Shown: positions 1 to 10,748, counted from the first letter of the whole stretch. The stretch is DNA of 59,419 nt, filler included, from Nitrospirota bacterium (GCA_016180645.1; 4 parts of 4 records of this genome joined end to end with filler, not necessarily neighbours in it), one strand, 5' to 3'. Translations and numbers: made by a program. Notes: generated from the letters alone by a model not told the origin.

Positions 1-687
1 GGCCATCGGTTCATTCAGCGTCGCCCAGAGATCGACCTCCGCGCCGAACTCGCGGGCGCAGAATCCGGCATACTTGGCCATCTCGCGCACGATCCGTTCG
101 CGATCCACCCACCCACGCGCCGCGCAGGATGCCAGATCCTGGTGGCAGGCGATGGCATCGTGGATCCAAAGGGGCAAAGTGTAGTGGTTGAGTGTGACGA
201 ACGGTTCGAGCCCGCGCGCGCGTAGCGCTGAGAGGACCGCGTGGTAGTGATCGAGCGCGGCGGGACTCGCGGCAGCTCTTAGGTCTTCGTACGTTGAGAG
301 GCCATCGGTGGCGGTGGGGAAAATGCGGCTCCATTCAAGACTGAATCGAAAGGCATTGTTCCGGAGTTGAATCGCCGCGAGGTCGAAGTCCGATTCGTAG
401 AGCTCCCAGTGGCCCGCGCCGGAGGAGGGCGGCTGCTTCGAGAGGTAGGTCACGGGACTCTCCAGTGTTACGGGCGACGTGACATACTGGTACCAATCGG
501 AGTTGGAGTCCTCGCACTGTTCGCGGGGGAGGGTGGGGCAGCCCATGTCGACCTGGAACCCCGCGATGGCGGTGCCGAAGAGAAAATCTTTGGGAAATCC
601 AGCCGACTTGGACGCTGAACCGCAGGCGGCCAACATCGCCGCGGCCGCCAAGATCGATCCGAACTTGACTGGCGGGCAAGGTGGCAT
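1..687 (-). CDS. Glycoside hydrolase family 1 lipoprotein (partial, runs off the window; absent from the ORF track)
   Basis: Manual translation from ATG at 687: lipobox MLAAC, FPKDFLFGTAIAGFQVD, FRFSLEWSRIFP, TLNHYTLPLW and WATLNEP (acid/base NEP). Confidence 0.9.
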   Translation of the reverse strand, partial: MPPCPPVKFGSILAAAAMLAACGSASKSAGFPKDFLFGTAIAGFQVDMGCPTLPREQCEDSNSDWYQYVTSPVTLESPVTYLSKQPPSSGAGHWELYESDFDLAAIQLRNNAFRFSLEWSRIFPTATDGLSTYEDLRAAASPAALDHYHAVLSALRARGLEPFVTLNHYTLPLWIHDAIACHQDLASCAARGWVDRERIVREMAKYAGFCAREFGAEVDLWATLNEPMA

Positions 688-710
688 GGTTGGAAAAGGC
701 GATCCCGAGG

Positions 711-2366
711 CTACTTCAGATCCCGGGCCGAGACGCCCAGTTTGGCCAGCCGGCTTTGGAGCGTGGTCGGCTTGAGGTTGAGAACCTTCGCCGCCCCGGC
801 CGTTCCGTATATCTTGCCATTGGTCGATCGAAGGATCTGGCGGAGGTAGTTCCGCTGGATCTCCTCGCAGTATTGATCGACTTCTCCGAGCGACTGAAAT
901 CCCTGCGGATAGCGGCTTTTGCGGGGGTGGGCGAAGTTGATGTGCGTGTCGTTGATGACATGCCCGTCGCAGAGAATAACGGCGCGTTCCAGGAGGTGTT
1001 CGATTTCGCGCACATTCCCGGGCCATTCATAGGCCATGAACAGGTCCATCACCCGGGGACTGACCTCCGTGATGCGCTTGCTCATCTTCAACGCGAACTT
1101 CCGGATGAAATGATTCGTGAGGGGCGCCAGATCTTCCTTCCGTTCGCGGAGCGGAGGCAGATGAATCGGGAAGACGTTCAGCCGGTAGAAAAGGTCCTCG
1201 CGGAACTGGCCCGCTGTCACCAGCGGTTCCAGGGGACGATTGGTGGCGGCGATGATGCGGACATCGACCTTGATGGGCTGGGAGCCGCCGACGCGCTCGA
1301 TCTCTTTTTCCTGGAGGGCGCGGAGAAGCTTGACTTGGACGGTGGGAGGAATATCCACCACCTCATCGAGGAAGAGGGTCCCGCCACTCGCCAGTTCGAA
1401 GCGTCCGGGTTTGCGGGCGATGGCCCCGGTGAATGCGCCTTTCTCGTGACCGAACAACTCGCTTTCAATCAGCGTTTCCGGAAGGGATGAGCAATTCACT
1501 TTGATGAGAGCGCGATCCCGACGGCTCGAAAGAACGTGGATGGCCCGCGCGACGAGTTCCTTGCCGGTCCCCGTTTCTCCGGTGATCAGGACCGTCGAGT
1601 CCGTGATGGCCACGCGCCGCGCGGCAGAAAGCGAGGCCGTCAGCGCCGGACTGGAGCCGACAATTTCCGAGAACTGAGTGGTAATTTCATCTTTAAGGTA
1701 GATGTTCTCCTGTTGAAGTTCTTCCTTGAGCTGGATCGTCTCTTCCAGTTTCCGCACGGTGAGCGCGAGTTGCGCGTTCGCCCCTTCGAGCTCGCGATTG
1801 CGCTTGTTGAGGGCGTCCATCAGCCGTCCGTTCTCGACGGCCGTGGCCATCTGGCCGGCGATTTCCCGGACGAGATCGGCGTGGGCCGGTTTGTAAGCGT
1901 CCTTCCGGCGGGAGGAGAAGAACATGACGCCGATGGGACGGCCGCCGGCAAGGAGAGGGAGCGTGAGATTCGATATCATTCCTTCGCGAACGATGCGCCG
2001 CGTGGAGTCGGATCCCGGCTTCTTCTCCATGTAGGACTGGAGATCGTTGATAATGCGAACACGGCCCTCTTTCATGAGCGGTTCGAGCGTAGAGTCCTTG
2101 AGTTTTCCCGCATACCCGACGGGGATTTCCGGTGTCCCTTCCGTCCTGAGGGAAGTCATCACGATTCGCTCATTCGGCTCATCCACGGTGGCCACTCCGA
2201 TCCGGTCGAAGGGCACGATGCCCTGGAGCTCGCGGAAGATGATATCCAACACCTCCTGTTCGCTCTTGCCGTGGCTGATCGATTCGATGACATCCTTCAA
2301 GACGAGCCATGGCCTCGAAAGTGCGATGGAGGCACCGGACAACGGCGAAGAAGGTGTTTCGCGCAT
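711..2366 (-). CDS. Sigma-54-dependent transcriptional activator, GAF + AAA+ + HTH (FhlA-like)
   Basis: GETGTGKE Walker A, ESELFGHEKGAFTGA, FLDEV, WPGNVRE, C-terminal AAKVLNLKPTTLQSRL; N-terminal GAF; start uncertain (2366 to 2420). Confidence 0.92.
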   Translation of the reverse strand: MRETPSSPLSGASIALSRPWLVLKDVIESISHGKSEQEVLDIIFRELQGIVPFDRIGVATVDEPNERIVMTSLRTEGTPEIPVGYAGKLKDSTLEPLMKEGRVRIINDLQSYMEKKPGSDSTRRIVREGMISNLTLPLLAGGRPIGVMFFSSRRKDAYKPAHADLVREIAGQMATAVENGRLMDALNKRNRELEGANAQLALTVRKLEETIQLKEELQQENIYLKDEITTQFSEIVGSSPALTASLSAARRVAITDSTVLITGETGTGKELVARAIHVLSSRRDRALIKVNCSSLPETLIESELFGHEKGAFTGAIARKPGRFELASGGTLFLDEVVDIPPTVQVKLLRALQEKEIERVGGSQPIKVDVRIIAATNRPLEPLVTAGQFREDLFYRLNVFPIHLPPLRERKEDLAPLTNHFIRKFALKMSKRITEVSPRVMDLFMAYEWPGNVREIEHLLERAVILCDGHVINDTHINFAHPRKSRYPQGFQSLGEVDQYCEEIQRNYLRQILRSTNGKIYGTAGAAKVLNLKPTTLQSRLAKLGVSARDLK

Positions 2367-2504
2367 TCGACAAGAATAGCCGGACCACGGCTGCATGTCA
2401 ACGATGATGACGTTGCGCAACGCAATAGTCGGTGCAGGTTTGCCAGGTTACGACATGAGTGAACAGATATACTAATACTTACGATATCATAACTATATGA
2501 TCGA

Positions 2505-2520
2505 TGGCATCGTTATTGCG
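2505..2520 (+). promoter_or_regulatory. Sigma-54 (-24/-12) promoter
   Basis: TGGCATCGTTATTGCG = GG-N10-GC in TGGCA/TTGC context, about 70 bp upstream of the ferredoxin and preceded by an AT-rich tract. Confidence 0.75.
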
Positions 2521-2580
2521 AATATAGTCTGTCAGCGATGGATTACGATGTCCCATGCCAAGAAGAATCACTTTCGATAG

Positions 2581-2922
<342 letters not shown>

Positions 2923-2940
2923 GGTGCTCGGAGACAAGCC

Positions 2941-4023
2941 GTGAACGGTCTGGAACAAGAAGTCCTCAAGGCCCTCGCGAATGTCAAAGACCCGGATCTG
3001 GGCCGCGACATCGTGTCACTCGGCTTCGTCAAGAACCTCAATGTGAACGGCGATGCCGCCCGCTTCACCATCGAGCTGACCACGCCGGCCTGTCCCGTGA
3101 AAGACAAGTTGAAGGAAGAGGCGCAGACGTGGGTCCGCCGGATGGTCCCCGCCCTGAAGCGAGTGGATGTGGACATGACGGCGCAGGTTCGTCCGACCCT
3201 GGGTGAGAAGAAATCTCAGATGTGTCCCGAGGTGAAAAACATCATACCCATCGCCAGTGGCAAGGGCGGCGTTGGAAAATCGACGGTCACCGCGAATCTC
3301 GCCATCGCCCTTTCGAGGATGGGAGCGTCCGTGGGTGTCATGGATGCGGACGTCTACGGCCCGAGTATTCCGATGATTCTCGGGTGCAGCGGCGCCCCTC
3401 GAGTGGTGGACAACAAGATCCAGCCGATGGAGCAGTACGGACTCAAGATCATCTCGTTCGGGTTCTTCATTCCGGCGGGAGACGCGGTGATCTGGCGGGG
3501 TCCGATGCTCCACAAGACCGTTCAGCAGTTTCTCGGGGACGTCGCCTGGGGCCCGCTCGACTACCTCCTCGTGGATCTCCCGCCGGGAACGGGCGACGTG
3601 CAACTCAGTCTCTGCCAAACGATTCCCCTAACGGGCGCGGTGGTGGTCTCGACGCCCCAGGACGTTGCGCTGAACGTAGCACAGAAGGCTATCTACATGT
3701 TTCGGAAACTCAACTGTCCCATTCTGGGGATCGTGGAGAACATGAGCGGTTTTGTGTGCGACGGCTGCGGCAAGCGCCACGACATCTTCGGGAGCGGTGG
3801 CGCGCGGCGGGCCTGCGACCGATTGGCCGTGCCGTTTCTCGGCGAGATTCCGCTCGATACGGAGATCCGCACCGCCTCCGACCAGGGGCAGCCCGTGGTC
3901 CTGGAAGGGCACCCCGCCTCGGAAAAATCGAATGTGTTTCGCTCCGTGGCCCAGAATCTGGCCGCTCAGGTGAGCATCCGGCTGATGCAGGCGGATGCCG
4001 TACCGGTGAAGATCTCATTCTAG
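2941..4023 (+). CDS. mrp: Mrp/NBP35 (ApbC) Fe-S carrier ATPase with N-terminal DUF59-like domain
   Basis: [50 protein letters not shown]...CDGC. Confidence 0.95.
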   Translation: MNGLEQEVLKALANVKDPDLGRDIVSLGFVKNLNVNGDAARFTIELTTPACPVKDKLKEEAQTWVRRMVPALKRVDVDMTAQVRPTLGEKKSQMCPEVKNIIPIASGKGGVGKSTVTANLAIALSRMGASVGVMDADVYGPSIPMILGCSGAPRVVDNKIQPMEQYGLKIISFGFFIPAGDAVIWRGPMLHKTVQQFLGDVAWGPLDYLLVDLPPGTGDVQLSLCQTIPLTGAVVVSTPQDVALNVAQKAIYMFRKLNCPILGIVENMSGFVCDGCGKRHDIFGSGGARRACDRLAVPFLGEIPLDTEIRTASDQGQPVVLEGHPASEKSNVFRSVAQNLAAQVSIRLMQADAVPVKISF

Positions 4024-4031
4024 GGACTACC

Positions 4032-5474
4032 ATGGCTGCTAATCCCGAGCTTCAGGAATTCACGGATCGCCAGTACAGGTGGGGGTTCGTCTCCGACATC
4101 GAGGAGGAGCGTGTCCCCCGCGGTCTCAGTGAAGACATCGTTCGCCTGATCTCGGCCAAAAAGAACGAGCCGGAATTCATGTTGGATTGGAGGCTCCGCG
4201 CCCTCAGACATTGGGTCAAGATGGAAGAGCCGCACTGGCAGAACGTCAAGTTTCCCCCGATTGATTACCAGGACATCGTGTATTACGCCGCCCCCAAGCC
4301 AAGGAAACAGGTTGGGAGTATGGACGAGGTCGACCCCGAAGTCCGCGCCACTTTCGAAAAACTGGGGATTCCACTCGAAGAGCAGATGCGGCTCTCCGGG
4401 GTGGCGGTGGATGCCGTGCTGGACAGCGTGTCCGTGGCGACCACGTTCAAGGAGAAGCTGGCGCAGGTGGGGGTGATCTTCTGCTCGTTCTCGGAGGCGG
4501 TGCAAAAACATCCGGAGCTGGTGCAGAAGTACCTCGGAACCGTGGTGCCCTATGGCGACAACTATTTTGCCGCCCTCAATTCGGCCGTGTTCAGCGACGG
4601 GTCGTTCTGCTACGTCCCCAAGGGTGTTCGCTGTCCGATGGAGCTTTCCACCTACTTCCGGATCAACGCCGCCGATACGGGGCAGTTCGAGCGAACGCTG
4701 ATCGTCGCCGATGAAGGAGCGTATGTCAGCTACCTGGAGGGCTGCACGGCGCCCGTCCGGGACAAGAACCAACTCCATGCGGCCGTGGTGGAATTGGTCG
4801 CGTTGGAAAACGCTCAGATCAAGTACTCGACGGTGCAGAATTGGTATCCGGGAGACAAGAACGGAAAGGGTGGGATCTACAATTTTGTGACCAAGCGGGG
4901 CCGATGCACCGGCGCAAACTCCAAGATTTCCTGGACCCAGGTGGAAACCGGTTCGGCCATCACCTGGAAATATCCCAGTGTCATTCTCGATGGCGAGAAT
5001 TCCGTCGGGGAGTTTTACTCCGTGGCGCTGACGAACAACTACCAGCAGGCGGATACGGGGACAAAGATGATTCATATGGGGAAAAATACGAAGAGCACCA
5101 TCATTTCGAAGGGCATTTCGGCGGGACACGGTCAGAACACCTATCGCGGCTTGGTCAAAGTCCAGAAGAAAGCGGCCAACGCGCGCAACTACTCCCAGTG
5201 CGATTCTCTTCTGATCGGAGCGAAGTGCGGCGCGCACACATTTCCCTACATCGAGGTGGGGAACAAATCATCCAAGGTCGAGCACGAGGCGTCCACCTCC
5301 AAAATCGGCGAGGACCAGCTCTTCTACTGCCGGCAGCGTGGGATCTCGGAGGAGGACGCGGTCTCCATGATCGTCAACGGTTTCTGCAAACAAGTGTTCA
5401 AGGAATTGCCGATGGAGTTTGCGGTGGAGGCCCAGAAGTTGATGAGCGTGAGCCTGGAAGGAGCGATTGGATGA
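4032..5474 (+). CDS. sufB: Fe-S cluster assembly protein SufB
   Basis: [41 protein letters not shown]; true start ATG at 4032. Confidence 0.97.
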   Translation: MAANPELQEFTDRQYRWGFVSDIEEERVPRGLSEDIVRLISAKKNEPEFMLDWRLRALRHWVKMEEPHWQNVKFPPIDYQDIVYYAAPKPRKQVGSMDEVDPEVRATFEKLGIPLEEQMRLSGVAVDAVLDSVSVATTFKEKLAQVGVIFCSFSEAVQKHPELVQKYLGTVVPYGDNYFAALNSAVFSDGSFCYVPKGVRCPMELSTYFRINAADTGQFERTLIVADEGAYVSYLEGCTAPVRDKNQLHAAVVELVALENAQIKYSTVQNWYPGDKNGKGGIYNFVTKRGRCTGANSKISWTQVETGSAITWKYPSVILDGENSVGEFYSVALTNNYQQADTGTKMIHMGKNTKSTIISKGISAGHGQNTYRGLVKVQKKAANARNYSQCDSLLIGAKCGAHTFPYIEVGNKSSKVEHEASTSKIGEDQLFYCRQRGISEEDAVSMIVNGFCKQVFKELPMEFAVEAQKLMSVSLEGAIG

Positions 5475-5478
5475 AGGG

Positions 5479-5561
5479 CTTTCAGCTATCAGCGTTCAGC
5501 AGTCAGCCGGATCGGAGGCGCCGGCCGGCTCAGGGCTGAATGCTGATAGCTGATCGCTGAT
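5479..5561. repeat. Inverted pair of heptamer tandem repeats, (TCAGCNN)n / (NNGCTGA)n
   Basis: ttcagctatcagcgttcagcagtcagcc ... ggctgaatgctgatagctgatcgctga, between sufB and sufC. Confidence 0.75.
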
Positions 5562-5568
5562 GGCTGCC

Positions 5569-6336
5569 ATGCTTGAAATAAGAAATCTCCACGTGAACGT
5601 GAACGGGCGCGAGATCCTCAAGGGGGTCGATCTCGTCGTCCAGGCCGGAGAGGTCCACGCCATCATGGGTCCGAACGGTTCGGGAAAGAGCACGCTCGCG
5701 CAGGTGCTCGCGGGGCGCGACACGTACACGGTGACTCAGGGCGAGGCCTTGTACATGGGCAAGAATCTGCTCGAACTCCAGCCTGAGGATCGTGCGGCCG
5801 AGGGGCTGTTTCTGGCCTTCCAGTATCCGGTGGAAATTCCAGGCGTAGGAAACGCCTACTTTCTACGAGCGGCTCTGAACGCCATGCGGAAGCGGAAGGG
5901 TTTGGAAGAGCTGGATGCCGTGGATTTCCTGTCGCTGGCGAAGGACAAACTCAAACTGGTTCAGATGGATCCGAGCTTCCTCAACCGATCCGTCAATGAA
6001 GGATTCTCCGGGGGCGAGAAGAAGCGGAACGAAGTGTTCCAAATGGCGGTCCTGGAGCCGAAGCTTGCCGTTCTGGATGAAACAGACTCCGGTCTGGACA
6101 TCGATGCCCTGCGGATCGTGGCCGACGGTGTCAACGCACTGAGGGGGGCGGATCGGGCGATGATGGTGATCACGCATTATCAGCGCCTTCTGAACTACAT
6201 TGTTCCCGATCGAGTGCACGTTCTTCAGGACGGAAAAATCGTTGAGTCCGGTGGGAAGGAATTGGCAGAGGAGTTGGAACGAAGCGGGTACCGGCGGGAG
6301 CGGAACGGTTCGACGCCTCCTCCTGAAAGCCCATGA
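5569..6336 (+). CDS. sufC: Fe-S assembly ABC ATPase SufC
   Basis: GPNGSGKSTL, FQYPVEIPGV, FSGGEKKRNE, LDETDSGLDIDAL. Confidence 0.97.
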   Translation: MLEIRNLHVNVNGREILKGVDLVVQAGEVHAIMGPNGSGKSTLAQVLAGRDTYTVTQGEALYMGKNLLELQPEDRAAEGLFLAFQYPVEIPGVGNAYFLRAALNAMRKRKGLEELDAVDFLSLAKDKLKLVQMDPSFLNRSVNEGFSGGEKKRNEVFQMAVLEPKLAVLDETDSGLDIDALRIVADGVNALRGADRAMMVITHYQRLLNYIVPDRVHVLQDGKIVESGGKELAEELERSGYRRERNGSTPPPESP

Positions 6337-7790
6337 GCTGGAGCATGGGGCCCAAGGAGCTCTACCTGTCTCATTTCGAGCGCATGGGCCGCACGCGGGG
6401 CGTGGATGGCTCCCCTTGGATCGAGGCCCTGCGAACGGCGGCGATGGCGCGATTTGCCGAGATCGGGTTTCCGACACCCCAGGATGAGGATTGGAAATAC
6501 ACCAACGTGTCGCCCATCGCGAAGACGGCCTTCAATCCGGCGACCCGGGATCCGGCGGATTCGGTGCGGCTCCGGCTCTTCAAGGAAGCCATGGTGGAAC
6601 CGGGTCCGCATGTTCTGGTGTTTGTGAACGGTGCCCACGCGCCGGAGATCTCGACCATTCGCCGCCTCCCCGGAGGCGCGCGGGTCCAGAGCCTTCTGGA
6701 GGCCGCGGACGAATCGAAATCGATCGTGGAATCTCATCTCGGGCGTCATGCTCTGTTCCGGGACCGGGCCTTCACGGCCCTGAATACCGCGTTCATCCAC
6801 GATGGTGCGTTCGTGCATATTCCCAAGGGTATTGAAGTCAGGGACCCGATTCACCTTCTGTTCATCGCGACCACGCGGGCATTCCATGGAGAGTCATCTC
6901 GTGGCCCTCGGAGCGAAGCGGAGGGGGCGACCCATGGAGAACCGTGGGTCTCCCACCCGAGGAATCTCATCGTGGTCGAGGAGGGGGCATCGGCGGCCGT
7001 GGTGGAGACCTACGTGGGGCATGAGGAAGGGGTGTATTTCACCAACGCCGTGACTGAGGTGGCGGCGGGTCCGGGCGCGAGGGTGGAGCACTACAAGGTT
7101 CAGAGAGAGAGCGGAAGCGCCTTTCATGTGGCCGCCGTACAGGCGCGGCAGGCAAGGGACAGCCGATTCACCTCTTTCTCGCTCTCGCTGGGCGGGGCGC
7201 TGACGCGCAATGACTATGGCGTCGTCCTCGCCGAGGAAGGAAGCGAATGCGATATGGATGGCCTGTACATGGCCGATGGCCGCAGGCATGTGGACACGCA
7301 TACCCTCATTGACCATGCCCGGCCGGGCTGTAGGAGTTCCGAGGTGTACCGGGGTGTGCTCGACGGCTCGGCCCGGGGGGTGTTCAACGGTCGGATCGTG
7401 GTCCGTCCGGATGCGATCAAGACGGATGCCACGCAGTCGAACAAGAATCTCCTCCTTTCAGAGGAAGCCTCGGTGAAAACGAAGCCGCAACTCGAAATCT
7501 TTGCGGACGACGTGAAATGCGCGCACGGCGCAACCGTCGGTCAATTGGACGAGGACGCCATGTTTTACCTTCGGTCACGCGGTTTGGATCGGGAGGCCGC
7601 TTCGACCGTGCTGACCTACGCGTTTGCCAATGAGGTTCTCAGCCGAATCCGCCGCGAGGCGCTCAGGGGGTACCTCGAAAAGCTCGTGGCTTCACGCCTT
7701 CCGGCCGCCGCGGCGCTGGGATTCTATGAGGAATCTTCTCGCCGTCCCCGAAGCGGAGCGGAGGGGAGACTATTGTGGGGGAAATCCTGA
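6333..7790 (+). CDS. sufD: Fe-S assembly protein SufD
   Basis: EDWKYT, FTALNTAF, KPQLEIFADDVKCAHGATVGQLD, FYLRSRG. Confidence 0.95.
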   Translation: MSWSMGPKELYLSHFERMGRTRGVDGSPWIEALRTAAMARFAEIGFPTPQDEDWKYTNVSPIAKTAFNPATRDPADSVRLRLFKEAMVEPGPHVLVFVNGAHAPEISTIRRLPGGARVQSLLEAADESKSIVESHLGRHALFRDRAFTALNTAFIHDGAFVHIPKGIEVRDPIHLLFIATTRAFHGESSRGPRSEAEGATHGEPWVSHPRNLIVVEEGASAAVVETYVGHEEGVYFTNAVTEVAAGPGARVEHYKVQRESGSAFHVAAVQARQARDSRFTSFSLSLGGALTRNDYGVVLAEEGSECDMDGLYMADGRRHVDTHTLIDHARPGCRSSEVYRGVLDGSARGVFNGRIVVRPDAIKTDATQSNKNLLLSEEASVKTKPQLEIFADDVKCAHGATVGQLDEDAMFYLRSRGLDREAASTVLTYAFANEVLSRIRREALRGYLEKLVASRLPAAAALGFYEESSRRPRSGAEGRLLWGKS

Positions 7791-9070
7791 TGGCTCTGGC
7801 GGTGGCTCGGAAAGAATCGGTGGCCTCGCGACGCGCGATGGAGGCCGTGAAAGCCCTGGATGTCGCCCGGATCAGGAGGGATTTTCCCATCCTGAAACGA
7901 AAAGTACGTGGGAGGCCTCTAGTTTATCTGGACAATGCGGCCACCACACAGAAACCGGCGGCCGTCATCGAGGCCATTCGAGACTACTATTCACGCTACA
8001 ACGCGAATATTCATCGCGGCGTGCATCAGCTCTCCGAACAGGCGACGGATGGGTTCGAGAAATCCCGCGAGCTGATTCGGTCGTTCCTTGGTGCCGGAGA
8101 GACGAGGGAGATCGTGTTTGTTCGGGGTGCGACGGAGGGGATCAATCTGGTGGCTCAGAGTCTTGGCAGGAAGTTCGTGTCCAAGGGGGATGAAATCGTT
8201 GTAACCACCATGGAGCACCACTCCAATATCGTACCGTGGCAGATGCTATGTGAGGGAACCGGCGCCGTCTTGCGTGTGGTCCCCATCAGCGACCGGGGGG
8301 AATTGGAGTTGGATTCGTTCGACCGACTTCTCAGCTCGAAGACCCGCCTGGTGGCGGTGACGCACGTGTCGAATGCGCTGGGGACGGTGAACCCCATCGA
8401 CGTAATTGTCAGACATGCCCATTCCGCCGGAGCAGCGGTGCTCGTGGATGGCGCACAGGCGGTTCCCCACATGAAGGTGGATGTCAAGAGCCTGGATTGC
8501 GACTTCTACGTGTTTTCCTCACACAAGGTCTATGGTCCCACCGGGATCGGCGTTGTCTACGGCAAGCGCCGCTGGTTGGAGGAGATGCCGCCTTATCAGG
8601 GGGGCGGAGACATGATCGCCTCGGTCACTTTTGAGAAAACCCTCTACAATCGTTTGCCTTACAAGTTTGAGGCGGGCACGCCGGACATCGCGGGCGCCAT
8701 CGGCTTGGGAGCGGCCCTCGAATATGTGAATCACATCGGTCTCGGCGCGATAGCGCGGCATGAGACGGACTTGTTGATCCATGCTGCTGAATCGTTGGAG
8801 GAAATAGACGGGGTAAGGCTGATCGGCAAGGCTGCGGAGAGGGCCGCCGTTGTGTCCTTCGTTGTCGATGGAGTGCATCCGCATGATCTGGGCACATTTC
8901 TGGACCAAGAGGGAATCGCCATCCGAACGGGCCATCACTGCGCGCAGCCGGTCATGCAGCGGTACGGGATACCCGCCACGGCCCGGGCGTCCTTCGGAAT
9001 GTACAACACGAAGAGCGAAGTCGATGCACTGGCGAAAGGAATCAGGAAGGCACAGGAGTTTTTCGCGTGA
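7790..9070 (+). CDS. sufS: Cysteine desulfurase SufS
   Basis: YLDNAATTQKP, EHHSNIVPWQ, FSSHKVYGPTG, RTGHHCAQP. Confidence 0.97.
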   Translation: MALAVARKESVASRRAMEAVKALDVARIRRDFPILKRKVRGRPLVYLDNAATTQKPAAVIEAIRDYYSRYNANIHRGVHQLSEQATDGFEKSRELIRSFLGAGETREIVFVRGATEGINLVAQSLGRKFVSKGDEIVVTTMEHHSNIVPWQMLCEGTGAVLRVVPISDRGELELDSFDRLLSSKTRLVAVTHVSNALGTVNPIDVIVRHAHSAGAAVLVDGAQAVPHMKVDVKSLDCDFYVFSSHKVYGPTGIGVVYGKRRWLEEMPPYQGGGDMIASVTFEKTLYNRLPYKFEAGTPDIAGAIGLGAALEYVNHIGLGAIARHETDLLIHAAESLEEIDGVRLIGKAAERAAVVSFVVDGVHPHDLGTFLDQEGIAIRTGHHCAQPVMQRYGIPATARASFGMYNTKSEVDALAKGIRKAQEFFA

Positions 9071-9585
9071 CAACAGCTCGGAAGTCCCACGAGGAGTCGC
9101 CCCACGAGCTCAGGAGCGGGGAGGAGGGAACTGACGTTCGCGAGCTGTATCAGGAGTTGATTCTGGACCACAGCCGGAATCCGCGGAATTTTCGGAAGAT
9201 TGACGGCGCCGGCCACCATGCCGAGGGGTACAACCCGCTCTGCGGGGATCGGTTCACCGTCTACCTCGACGTTCAGAATGGTGTGGTCAAGAATATCGGC
9301 TTCGAGGGATCGGGGTGCGCCATTTCCAAAGCATCAGCTTCGGTGATGACCCAAAGTGTCAAAGGGAAGACTCCGGCAGAAGTGACGGCGCTGATCGACC
9401 GCTTTCGGAACCTGGTGACTGGGGAAGATGCCGGAGCGGCCGGATCGATGGAATCCCTGGGCAAGCTGGCCGCGTTTTCCGGGGTGAAGGAGTTCCCTGT
9501 GCGTGTTAAATGCGCAACGCTGGCCTGGCATACGGTGAAGGCGGCGTTGGAAGGGAAGCCCTCCGCCATTTCGACGGAGGACTGA
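9067..9585 (+). CDS. sufU: SufU (NifU/IscU-like) protein
   Basis: LYQELILDH, NPLCGD, GCAISKASAS, RVKCATLAWH. Confidence 0.95.
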   Translation: MTTARKSHEESPHELRSGEEGTDVRELYQELILDHSRNPRNFRKIDGAGHHAEGYNPLCGDRFTVYLDVQNGVVKNIGFEGSGCAISKASASVMTQSVKGKTPAEVTALIDRFRNLVTGEDAGAAGSMESLGKLAAFSGVKEFPVRVKCATLAWHTVKAALEGKPSAISTED

Positions 9586-9619
9586 GTATGAGCACAAAAG
9601 TCTTTGTGCACATCTACTT

Positions 9620-9823
9620 GCAGAGCCTAAAGGCTCTGCTACTAATTTCGCTATCCGTAGCGGAGCCTTCAGGCTCCGCGAACGGGGTGAGCATCTCTAA
9701 AGAATTCTGTTCAGGTACTTAGAGTGCGTCCGGAAATGTCCAGAAATGCCAAATGAGCCGGTTCGTTGCCTGGGAGCAAGCAGCGTGTAGGGGAGCAGCT
9801 TTAGCTGCTCCCAAGCAGGGAGG
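9620..9823. repeat. Cluster of GTAG-type REP palindromes
   Basis: gcagagcc-taaa-ggctctgc-tac; gtag-cggagcc-ttca-ggctccg; gtag-gggagcagc-ttta-gctgctccc (9787-9823 is the exact reverse complement of 56653-56689). Confidence 0.8.
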
Positions 9824-9825
9824 GA

Positions 9826-10299
9826 TTGCCCGAAGGAATGTCCGTGCGCATCAGTCAGACGCTGGGTGGGACGTTTACCGTCATCACGGATTCGGGCTAC
9901 ATGGTGCGGATTGCAGCCAAGGACGCCGACGCTCTGGGTCCGGAATACATGGGGTCGGCCGGTTCTAGCCCCGAGGCGAAACCGGCAGGATCGCTCGAAG
10001 AGCAGGTATGGGAGCAGCTCAAGACCTGCTACGACCCGGAGATTCCGGCCAACATCGTCGACTTGGGATTGATCTACGAGTGCAACATCGCGGCGGCGCC
10101 GGAAGGTGGAAGCCGGATCGACATCAAGATGTCGCTCACCGCGCCGGGGTGCGGTATGGGAGATATCTTGAAAGGTGATATTGAGACCAAACTTGGCTCC
10201 CTCGATGGCGTGAAAGCCGTCAGCGTTGAGCTGATTCTGGATCCGCCGTGGACGCCGGATCGGATGTCGGAGGCCGCGAGACTCCAGCTCGGATTCTAG
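9826..10299 (+). CDS. sufT: SufT-like (DUF59) Fe-S assembly protein, N-terminus apparently shortened
   Basis: ISQTLGGTFTV...RIAAKDADALG, YDPEIPANIVDLGL, LTAPGCGMG, DPPW. Confidence 0.88.
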   Translation: MPEGMSVRISQTLGGTFTVITDSGYMVRIAAKDADALGPEYMGSAGSSPEAKPAGSLEEQVWEQLKTCYDPEIPANIVDLGLIYECNIAAAPEGGSRIDIKMSLTAPGCGMGDILKGDIETKLGSLDGVKAVSVELILDPPWTPDRMSEAARLQLGF

Positions 10300-10336
10300 G
10301 AGCCGCTAACAGAATGGGTACCCGGTGGGCGTCTAT

Positions 10337-10401
10337 CGCAGGCATAAAGCCTGCGCCTACCAAGCATGTACATTCCTGGTAGCCGCGGGCTTCAGCCCGC
10401 G
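10337..10401. repeat. Inverted GTAG-REP doublet
   Basis: cgcaggc-ataaa-gcctgcg-cctac ... gtag-ccgcgggc-ttca-gcccgcg. Confidence 0.7.
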
Positions 10402-10424
10402 TCATTGCGTTAGAAGCTCCAAGT

Positions 10425-10748
10425 ATGTCCACCCCGGAAGAAATCATCCTCCCCCGTGAGATCGCCCGGGCGAACGAGCACGACGTCAAGATCATCTGGC
10501 CAGACGGGGAGGTCATCCTGCCGGCCTTCGAACTCCGGGCCGACTGCTGGTGTGCCATGTGTGTTGACGAGGCGTCCGGCCGCAAGCTCCTCAAGCGTGA
10601 GAGCCTCCGGGCGGATGTCCACCCCAAGATGATCAAGCCCATCGGGAACTACGCCATTCAGATTGAATTCAGCGACGGCCACCGCACCGGTCTTTACACC
10701 TTCAAACACCTCCGCGAACTCGGCGACCGCCTCGCAAAATCGGGCTGA
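10425..10748 (+). CDS. DUF971 / gamma-butyrobetaine hydroxylase-like N-terminal domain protein
   Basis: LRADCWCAMC, IGNYAIQIEFSDGHRTGLYTF. Confidence 0.88.
   Translation: MSTPEEIILPREIARANEHDVKIIWPDGEVILPAFELRADCWCAMCVDEASGRKLLKRESLRADVHPKMIKPIGNYAIQIEFSDGHRTGLYTFKHLRELGDRLAKSG

Noticed and set aside
3222-4031. 750-aa extended SufB from the ORF track
   Set aside because: The extension is an alternative frame inside mrp; SufB similarity starts at ATG 4032.
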